Shown here one piece after another: positions 55,408-64,000 of a DNA stretch of 64,000 bases. The stretch is from an uncultured Verrucomicrobiae bacterium (GTDB lineage: Bacteria; Verrucomicrobiota; Verrucomicrobiia; Chthoniobacterales; UBA10450), in assembly GCA_963772365.1 (NCBI GenBank), contig CAVYXA010000003.1, positions 576,001-640,000 of the forward strand, in the 5' to 3' direction. The first letter of the stretch is position 1, and every line of letters begins with the position of its first letter. The notes under the pieces are model-generated. The model searched no databases. It was not told where the DNA came from and was given only the letters and a program-made list of their open reading frames with translations. Made by a program: the position numbers and the translations under genes.

Positions 55408-55472
55408 CGGCGCTCTATGAGCGTCGCAAGCTTTGCTCCAAGAACAGCGACGGTCATAGACCACCGCTACAG
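55402..55472. repeat. GTAG-type REP doublet (REPIN-like) between convergent genes
   Basis: CTGTAGCGGCGCTCTATGAGCGTCGC ... GCGACGGTCATAGACCACCGCTACAG, 26-bp arms with 3 mismatches. Confidence 0.8.
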
Positions 55473-55478
55473 AGGAAG

Positions 55479-55835
55479 CTATGGAACCGAACGCCTCGCC
55501 TTCGTTTTCGGCAGACTGTTGACTACCAGCTCGTAGGAGTGGTCGATCATTTTGCGCAATTCCGTGTCCGGAATTCCGCTGTCAATCTCGACCGTGTTCC
55601 AGTGCTTTTTGTTCATGTGATATCCGGGCTGGACTTGTTCGTACCGGTCGCGCAGCTCCAGCGCCAGGTCAGGATCGCATTTCAAATTCGCCGTTATTGG
55701 AAAGCGTTCCAGCGATGTAAGCGCAAACATCTTGCCAGCAACCTTGAAAACGAGAACCTCCGGGCCAAACGGCGTGTCTTCGGTCGCGCCAGGTTTGCTC
55801 AGGCAATATTCGCGGAATTGTTCTTGATCCATCAT
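55479..55835 (-). CDS. MmcQ/YjbR family DNA-binding protein
   Basis: PFGPEVLVFKVAGKMFAL, NLKCDP, PGYHMNKKHWNTV, IDHSYELV. Confidence 0.93.
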   Translation of the reverse strand: MMDQEQFREYCLSKPGATEDTPFGPEVLVFKVAGKMFALTSLERFPITANLKCDPDLALELRDRYEQVQPGYHMNKKHWNTVEIDSGIPDTELRKMIDHSYELVVNSLPKTKARRSVP

Positions 55836-55867
55836 CTCGTTATCCCGAGCGCGGCACATCTCCGCCT

Positions 55868-55959
55868 GTCATTCTGAGCGGAGCGGAGCGAAGTCGAAGA
55901 ATCCCGTGAAATTGCCTTCAGGTTTTGCAACGGGATCCCTCGACTCGGCTCGGGATGAC
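55868..55959. repeat. Empty CGTC/GTCA-type palindromic element of the family flanking the GIY-YIG gene
   Basis: GTCATTCTGAGCGGAGCGGAGCGAAGTCGAAGAATCCCGT ... ACGGGATCCCTCGACTCGGCTCGGGATGAC; extra half-site CGTTATCCCGAGCG at 55838-55851. Confidence 0.85.
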
Positions 55960-57521
55960 TACGTGACTGCGTTTCTTAATCGGTCAGGCAAATCCTTGAT
56001 CGCAACACGCTCCTGCTTCATTGAGTCGCGGTCGCGAAGGGTGACGGTATCGCGGAGATTGGCGTCGCGTTCGCCGAGCGTCTCGAAATCAACCGTGATG
56101 CAGAACGGCGTACCGATTTCGTCCTGCCTTCGATAACGCCGCCCGATGGCGCCGCTCTCATCGTAAAAAACAGTCATGCGCGGCCGGAGAAGACCGACAA
56201 TCTCCTTCGCCTTGGCGACCAGTTCAGGCTTGTTCTTAAGAAGGGGAAAGATAGCGCACTTGATGGGCGCCATCCGTGGATGAAACCGGAGGACAAGGCG
56301 CGTTTCCATTTTGCCTTTTTCATCCGGCGCTTCATCTTCGGCGTACGCTTCGCAAATCAAAGCCAGCACCGTTCGATCGACTCCGGCGCTCGGCTCGATC
56401 ACGTGCGGGATAAATTTCTGTTTCGTTTCTTCATCGAAGTATTCCAGCGATTTGCCGCTCGCCTTCTGGTGCTGAGTAAGATCGTAATCGGTTCGATAGG
56501 CCACGCCTTCCAATTCCTGTCGGCCAAACGGAAAATCGTACTCGATGTCGTAGGTGCCTTTGGAATAAAACGCCCGTTCTCCGTCCGGCACGGTGAGCAC
56601 GTGGAGTTTTTCTCGCGGAACCCCGATGTTCTCGTAAAACTTCAGCCGCTCTTCCTTCCAATATTCGAGCAGCCGCATTCCCTCTTCGGCACGGCAAAAA
56701 TATTCCAGCTCCATTTGTTCAAACTCGCGCGAGCGAAACGTGAAGTTTCGCGGATTGATCTCATTTCGAAACGCCTTTCCGATCTGGGCTATCCCGAAAG
56801 GCAGCTTCTTGCGCGAGGTATCCAGAACGTTCTTGAACTGAACAAAAATTGCCTGCGCAGTCTCGGGACGTAGATAAGTAATCGCTGATTCGTCCTCAGT
56901 CGCGCCGACATAAGTCTTGAACATTAAGTTGAATGGACGCGGAGCAGATAATGGTGCACCACAATTCGCACACGAAGACTCGTCAAGGTTTGTTCGCGTG
57001 AGATTTCGGAAAACGTCGTAACCAGTAAATTGCGCTCCTAGGAAACTCGGATCGCGTTGACGGTATGCGAGCTGGACATCAGCAAGTTTTTTGATTTCCT
57101 TCTCGTTAGCGCCTCCTACGGGAAAAGTTACTGATGGAAGCAACTCTTCGCCGCGTTTGAACAAAACATTGTAAAAGAGCTGCAAGGGGGTGGAGTTGGC
57201 GATTTGATCGCTCCTGTAGCGTCGCTTACAGATCATGCACTCCACCATTGGGTCGCTAAACGTATCTTCGTGACCGCTTGCTTTCCAGACGGCGCGGTTC
57301 ATCAGGATCGAGCCATCCATGCCCACGACGTCGTCACGCTCATGGACCATCACCCGCCACCAATAATTCTTGAGATTGCGTTTCAGTTCGGCGCCTAACG
57401 GGCCGTAATCCCAGCAACCGTTCAGGCCACCGTAAATCTCACTCGATTGGAAAATGAAGCCGCGCCGCTTGCATAAGCTGACGATCTTTTCCATGCGCTG
57501 AGAGTCACCTGGCGTGCTCAT
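55959..57521 (-). CDS. glyQS: Glycine--tRNA ligase (alpha2 type)
   Basis: KRRGFIF..SEIYGG, WKASGH, YLRPETAQ, FRNEINPRNFTFRSREFEQME, IEPSAGVDR, IGRRYRRQDEIGTP. Confidence 0.96.
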   Translation of the reverse strand: MSTPGDSQRMEKIVSLCKRRGFIFQSSEIYGGLNGCWDYGPLGAELKRNLKNYWWRVMVHERDDVVGMDGSILMNRAVWKASGHEDTFSDPMVECMICKRRYRSDQIANSTPLQLFYNVLFKRGEELLPSVTFPVGGANEKEIKKLADVQLAYRQRDPSFLGAQFTGYDVFRNLTRTNLDESSCANCGAPLSAPRPFNLMFKTYVGATEDESAITYLRPETAQAIFVQFKNVLDTSRKKLPFGIAQIGKAFRNEINPRNFTFRSREFEQMELEYFCRAEEGMRLLEYWKEERLKFYENIGVPREKLHVLTVPDGERAFYSKGTYDIEYDFPFGRQELEGVAYRTDYDLTQHQKASGKSLEYFDEETKQKFIPHVIEPSAGVDRTVLALICEAYAEDEAPDEKGKMETRLVLRFHPRMAPIKCAIFPLLKNKPELVAKAKEIVGLLRPRMTVFYDESGAIGRRYRRQDEIGTPFCITVDFETLGERDANLRDTVTLRDRDSMKQERVAIKDLPDRLRNAVT

Positions 57522-57599
57522 GATTTCCGCCACAGATGAACACAGATTGACGCAGATTCAATCCAAGAGAATGTGTGACGAGGCTTGTCCGTTCGTTCC

Positions 57600-57738
57600 A
57601 AAGCGGCGTCAAGCCGCCGCACTCCTAAAGCGCTTCGCGCAAAAAGAGACAATGCATTTCCCATTTCGCGAAGCTCGCCACGGGACGAGTCCGTCCGGAG
57701 GCGGACTTTCGGAGTGCGATGCGTCCTCGCATCGCTTT
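57600..57738. repeat. Pair of GGAGTGC-tagged short palindromes in inverted orientation
   Basis: AAAGCGGCGTCAAGCCGCCGCACTCC (57600-57625) and GGAGTGCGATGCGTCCTCGCATCGCTTT (57711-57738), with an internal CTTCGCG..CGCGAAG inverted repeat. Confidence 0.7.
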
Positions 57739-57765
57739 CGCACAGTCGCGGCGCAATAACTCAGA

Positions 57766-60006
57766 CTACTGCGGAGGTAGTCCGCTGCCGATATTCGCTT
57801 TTACGATCGCGGCATCACCCGCGTTGATGCTGCCGCTTGCATTCACATCAGATCGGAAATTCCCTGTGCCGACGGCCTGGCCGATCTGTGACTTCGCCAG
57901 CGCCACATCACCAGCATTGACGGCACCATTGTAATTCGTATCGCCGACAAGGACCCCCATTTGTATACTGATGTCATTGATGGCTGTTCCGTCGCTTACG
58001 CCGGAGAGTCTCAGAGTAATTGTCTGTGCGTTACTCACGCTGGCGAGATTCACAGTCAGAATTGTTGTTCCGTTTCCATCCGTTGAGGCCACGGAGCCGT
58101 TGCCCGAGGTGACTTGTGCGGTCTTGAAAGTGACCGGGCTGGCAAACGTAAACACCAGCTGATATTCTTGGTTTGCTCCGCCGCTACGACATTCGATGGC
58201 GGGTGTGCCGGTGAGCGGAAGATTGATGTCGAACGTTCCAGCGGCGCCGTGCACCTTTCGCGACACGACGCTTGTGGGCGCGATCGGCGGCACCACTTCG
58301 AACTGTGACATCATCCCATCATCTTCGTGTTCCAATATGTGGCAATGGAACATGTATTTGCCGAGATGATCGGTGAATTTCATTTTGAGCTCGAGCGTCT
58401 CGCCCGGACCCAACGCCCAGGTTTCTTTCATCGTTTCATACGGGTAGCACGGTCCACCATCACGACTGATGCACTGCTGATCCACATCGTGAATGTGCAC
58501 CATGTGCGTGACTTCCGTGGGATTTGTGAAAACCCACCTCTCGGTGGTGCCCAGCACCGGATGGGCATCGGTCCTATCGGGATCAAATTGCAAGCCGTTG
58601 ATCGTCCAATGCCCTCCTGTCTGATCGAAACTCCAGTTCCGCGTTACGGTTGGCTCCCCGATGTCGGGTAAGGGGCGAAGGGTCGAAGGAACTATGCTGT
58701 TGTCGGTGACATGCTGTGCGACGTGAAACTTTAGTAGCGGCGTCATCTTGTAGGCATCGATCAGGAACACGTCTTGTCCCAGCTTTCCGGCAAAATCGAC
58801 AACCACATCGAGCCGTTCCGCTGGCCCAACTTGCATCGCTGTGCGTGCCACTGGTGCTGGAAACAGGCCGCTCTCGGTCCCGATCTGTGTAAACGCGTCT
58901 CCCGTGCTCAGTGTTAAAATGTAAATTCGGGCGTTGGATCCATTAAAAATTCGGAACCGATACTTGCGGTCGGCGACTTCAAAGTACGGCTGATAAACGC
59001 CGTTGATCAGGATTTTGTCGCCAATAACGCCCGATGGATCGAAGTAATATTGGATCTGATTTTGTTCATCGAATTGGCGATCCGCTATCACCAGAGGCAG
59101 ATCATAACTGCCCGATGGAAGTGTCGCTGGTTCGGTCGGATCATCAATGATGTATAAACCGGTAAGGCCCATCCAGACAGTCATGCCAGTCTCGTCCAGG
59201 CGATGATCGTGGTAAAACTGGGTTTTGCCTTGGGTGTTCGCCCCAGCTTCGGTGCCCTCATACGTATAGGTGCGAGATCCGCCGGTCGGGATGAGGTAAT
59301 CCTCTCCTGTCACATAACCGTCATCGATCGCAGCCGAATGATTTCCATGATGGTGCACAGTCAGCGGACCTGCCACTAAAGGGAGATTATTCGTGAAAGT
59401 GACGTGAGTCACTTGCCCGGTCGGCCTTCGAATCGTGAGACCTGGGTAGGTGCCTCCGTAGGTCCACATATACGTGCAAGGCCCGTCCAGAATCGATACG
59501 TACGACTCCTGAATGCTGATCGGAACATCGGCAGCCGTTGCAACAGGAGGAAAAAGAAGAGGATGCGTCGTGAACGGTGTCGGCGTTGGAGTTGGCGTCG
59601 GTGTAGGTGTAGGAGTCGGCGTTGGCGTCGGAGTGGGAGTTGGCGTTGGCGTTGGCGTTGGCGTTGGGGCTACGACTGTAACGGTGCCCGTCATCATCGC
59701 TTCGTGAACCCTGCAGTAATAGGGATAGACTCCGATGGTCGGGAAGGTGAATGAGAAGGTGAATCCATTGTTGTGAATCCCAGAGTCAAAGATTCCGTTC
59801 GGATTGCCGGGCGTTCCGGAGGTCGCGCTGTGATTATTCCCGACCCAGTTCCACTGCACGGTATCGCCCGCCTGAATAATGACGGAGCTCGGATTGAACC
59901 GGTTGCCTCCTTGTCCAACTGAGACATTCGTCGTCGCGGCGTGAATGAGAACGGGCAACAGGACGAAAAATAAAGCGAGTGTGCGCAAGAAGTTTGGAAC
60001 GTGCAT
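57766..60006 (-). CDS. Secreted multicopper oxidase with N-terminal cupredoxin, (PT)n linker and C-terminal dockerin-like module
   Basis: HSAT..YYCRVHEAMM cupredoxin; HHHG, YHDH, HMVHIH, HCHILEHEDDGMM; GDTNYNGAVNAGD / SDVNASGSINAGD. Confidence 0.92.
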   Translation of the reverse strand: MHVPNFLRTLALFFVLLPVLIHAATTNVSVGQGGNRFNPSSVIIQAGDTVQWNWVGNNHSATSGTPGNPNGIFDSGIHNNGFTFSFTFPTIGVYPYYCRVHEAMMTGTVTVVAPTPTPTPTPTPTPTPTPTPTPTPTPTPTPTPFTTHPLLFPPVATAADVPISIQESYVSILDGPCTYMWTYGGTYPGLTIRRPTGQVTHVTFTNNLPLVAGPLTVHHHGNHSAAIDDGYVTGEDYLIPTGGSRTYTYEGTEAGANTQGKTQFYHDHRLDETGMTVWMGLTGLYIIDDPTEPATLPSGSYDLPLVIADRQFDEQNQIQYYFDPSGVIGDKILINGVYQPYFEVADRKYRFRIFNGSNARIYILTLSTGDAFTQIGTESGLFPAPVARTAMQVGPAERLDVVVDFAGKLGQDVFLIDAYKMTPLLKFHVAQHVTDNSIVPSTLRPLPDIGEPTVTRNWSFDQTGGHWTINGLQFDPDRTDAHPVLGTTERWVFTNPTEVTHMVHIHDVDQQCISRDGGPCYPYETMKETWALGPGETLELKMKFTDHLGKYMFHCHILEHEDDGMMSQFEVVPPIAPTSVVSRKVHGAAGTFDINLPLTGTPAIECRSGGANQEYQLVFTFASPVTFKTAQVTSGNGSVASTDGNGTTILTVNLASVSNAQTITLRLSGVSDGTAINDISIQMGVLVGDTNYNGAVNAGDVALAKSQIGQAVGTGNFRSDVNASGSINAGDAAIVKANIGSGLPPQ

Positions 60007-60178
60007 GGAAGGGAACGGGTTTGAAGCTGGTGATCGTATTGAGTCGAAGGGTCGCGTCTAGCGGTATTTCGTGACTTTTTTGCCGATAATTGGCGACACC
60101 AATTGTGCGATAATTACACGCCACCGGCTATTATTTTTCTCGCCGCCTTTAGGCCCTCTCTGGCCCTCTCTTTGAGAG

Positions 60179-60631
60179 CTAGCCCTGCGGTTCGACTTTG
60201 ACTTCAGTTTTGACTGAATTGGCAATGAAACATTGCTCGTGGGCCATATGATTCATCTCCTCGAGCTCGGCTGCGCTGGGTTGTTTGTCTCCGGAGAATT
60301 TCAGCCGCTGTTTCAATGTCACGCGTGTGATTGCCAGTTTTCCCTCAGCATTCTTTTCCATAACGCCAATCGCTTCATCGACATATTCATCGAGCGCGAA
60401 CTTCTTTTTGCAGGCGATGGCTAGGAACGTAAGCATGTGACAACTCGAAAGCGACGCGACAAACGCTTCCTCCGGATCAACCTGTTTCGGATCGCCGAGA
60501 TACGCCGGCGCTGCCGAGGCCGTCATTTCATGGCCGCCATCGAACTTCCAAGTGTGATTGCGCGGATACTTCTGATATTCGAACGGTGCATCCCCGCGTT
60601 TCCAAGTGAGATTAACTTTATGCTCCGACAT
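60179..60631 (-). CDS. OsmC/Ohr family protein
   Basis: DPEEAFVASLSSCHMLTF and AHEQCFIANSV, two conserved Cys. Confidence 0.92.
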   Translation of the reverse strand: MSEHKVNLTWKRGDAPFEYQKYPRNHTWKFDGGHEMTASAAPAYLGDPKQVDPEEAFVASLSSCHMLTFLAIACKKKFALDEYVDEAIGVMEKNAEGKLAITRVTLKQRLKFSGDKQPSAAELEEMNHMAHEQCFIANSVKTEVKVEPQG

Positions 60632-60750
60632 GCTTCTAAATAGAACGGCTGCGAGCCTGGGGCAAGGGGCCAGCTTCAGAGGCGGACGCTTCTCCCGTTT
60701 CCCTGCTGACCCTCAATCTCTGCAATTTGCGGCATTACTGGCACCGATGC

Positions 60751-60779
60751 TTGCACGATTGGGCGCGTCTCTCTATTTT
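60751..60779 (+). promoter_or_regulatory. Putative sigma70-type promoter of the upstream tRNA-like copy
   Basis: TTGCAC-N17-TATTTT, paralleling the element at 60849. Confidence 0.5.
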
Positions 60780-60797
60780 CTCGGCTTCTGAAAACTC

Positions 60798-60847
60798 GCG
60801 CGATTAGCTGAGTGGCGAAGCTGTCGCCGCCGGCGACAAGTCGCTGG
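60798..60847 (+). pseudogene. tRNA-Val-derived 5' fragment with replaced anticodon arm
   Basis: GCGCGATTAGCTGAGTGGCGAAGCT-GTCGCCGCCGGCGAC-AAGTCGCTGG versus the real tRNA GCGCGATTAGCTCAGTGGTAGAGCG-CTTGCTTCACACGCAAG-AAGTCGCAGG. Confidence 0.75.
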
Positions 60848-60848
60848 C

Positions 60849-60877
60849 TTGCGTGAGAAGCGCTGCTCTTCTAGTTT
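60849..60877 (+). promoter_or_regulatory. Putative sigma70-type promoter of tRNA-Val
   Basis: TTGCGT-N17-TAGTTT, about 18 nt upstream of the tRNA. Confidence 0.55.
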
Positions 60878-60895
60878 TCTCACTTCTGAAAACCC

Positions 60896-60967
60896 GCGCG
60901 ATTAGCTCAGTGGTAGAGCGCTTGCTTCACACGCAAGAAGTCGCAGGTTCGAACCCTGCATCGCGCA
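60896..60967 (+). tRNA. tRNA-Val(CAC), CCA not encoded
   Basis: GCGCGAT-TAGCTCAGTGGTAGAGCG-CTTGC TT CAC AC GCAAG-AAGTC-GCAGG TTCGAAC CCTGC-ATCGCGC-A. Confidence 0.97.
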
Positions 60968-60993
60968 GAGCTTTTTCACACGCTTGCCGGTTC

Positions 60994-63162
<2,169 letters not shown>

Positions 63163-63319
63163 CGCCCATCTTTACCTTACAGGGCGATGAATAGGCAACT
63201 GTGCGCCCTCGGGCCTGAATCGCATTCCGCTGTACTTGGTGATCGCGCCTAGCAAAGCCAGCGCACAGCCGCCCTGGTTGTGGCCCAGGGCGGCGAAAAG
63301 CTTTGCGAGAGGACGGCTA

Positions 63320-64000
63320 CTAATCTCCAAACAGCCGCATATTCGCAGTAATGAAACCGTCGGTACAGAGCTTGGCTGAACCGGTAACGTTCATTCGCAT
63401 CGTGATTGCACTCTTAAACAGGTGGTTCACCTGCGACTCGGTCAGCCCGAAGGTGCTGCGGAATTGTGACTTCGTGAGACCGGTGTTCCCCACCCGAGCA
63501 AGATCCTCACGCATTCTTTGGCGATCGTTCACGTCCATGCGGCGATCGTCCCTAAAGCTATAGGCGAACACGCTGGTTAGTGTGCCATTAGCCGGCATGC
63601 CCGTGTTTGGATCGATGATGCAGGGATCCAATAACACATCGCTTTGAATGTCGACGGTAGCGCTAAACTGAAACAATCCCTGCGGCTGATCCACTCCAGT
63701 TGTATTCTCCAATTGGTAACCAATGAACATATTTAGAACCGGAAAAATCACGTCGCGCGTCGCCTTTGCCGGCAAACGGATTCGAGCAACATCCGAGGCC
63801 GCGAACGTTGTCACGGCCGGGGCGGAGTTTAATTGGAAACAGAAGCTATCTCCATTTGGCACTGGCGATGGCGTGGGCGTGGGCGCCGGACACGGATCGG
63901 TGGACAGTGTGACGAGACCGCTCGCTGCTCCCATGTAAATTGCCGGCCGCCCAAAGGTATCTGCGTCACCCACGTCGCCCGGGCTGGGCCCGGCTGCCCA
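63320..64000 (-). CDS. Hypothetical protein with Pro-Thr linker; 5' end likely outside the window
   Basis: Open frame of at least 217 aa with CPAPTPTPSP and several Cys; frame stays open toward the window edge. Confidence 0.6.
   Translation of the reverse strand, partial: WAAGPSPGDVGDADTFGRPAIYMGAASGLVTLSTDPCPAPTPTPSPVPNGDSFCFQLNSAPAVTTFAASDVARIRLPAKATRDVIFPVLNMFIGYQLENTTGVDQPQGLFQFSATVDIQSDVLLDPCIIDPNTGMPANGTLTSVFAYSFRDDRRMDVNDRQRMREDLARVGNTGLTKSQFRSTFGLTESQVNHLFKSAITMRMNVTGSAKLCTDGFITANMRLFGD

Noticed and set aside
59575..59670. CRISPR-like or VNTR array
   Set aside because: It is the hexamer-period coding sequence of the Pro-Thr linker; no spacers and no cas genes
63268..63294. GC hairpin as an intrinsic terminator
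   Set aside because: The 10-bp stem is present, but there is no U-tract after it on the transcribed minus strand

Overview
A gene-dense bacterial chromosomal segment of moderately high GC. Gene content and protein style (Pro-Thr linkers, an 'SRKVHG...ECRSGG' domain plus dockerin-like tail, a bat operon, many REP-like palindromes) suggest Verrucomicrobiota of the Chthoniobacterales/Spartobacteria type; this taxonomy is an inference. Housekeeping genes include dgt, aroD, ribE, nhaA, gpmI, pssA/psd, gyrB-gyrA, der, cstA, valS, murI, glyQS, gdhA, tRNA-Leu(TAA) and tRNA-Val(CAC). There is also a TonB-dependent receptor locus, a moxR-DUF58-batABCDE operon, a pilMNOP-like cluster and a multidomain multicopper oxidase. 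Many genes, including essential ones, carry single-base frameshifts, most likely from uncorrected long-read errors. The most interesting signals: (1) a 107-aa GIY-YIG nuclease gene bracketed by inverted CGTC-type palindromic repeats inside the bat operon, with an empty copy of the same repeat 19 kb away, which looks like an autonomous/non-autonomous pair using a GIY-YIG protein instead of a RAYT transposase; (2) tRNA-Val flanked by tRNA-derived copies whose anticodon arm is replaced by a GTCGC..GCGAC hairpin, the same hairpin found inside the GIY-YIG repeat; (3) an alkaline-phosphatase homolog lacking its catalytic Ser and most metal ligands; (4) a stand-alone TonB-box/plug mini-protein.
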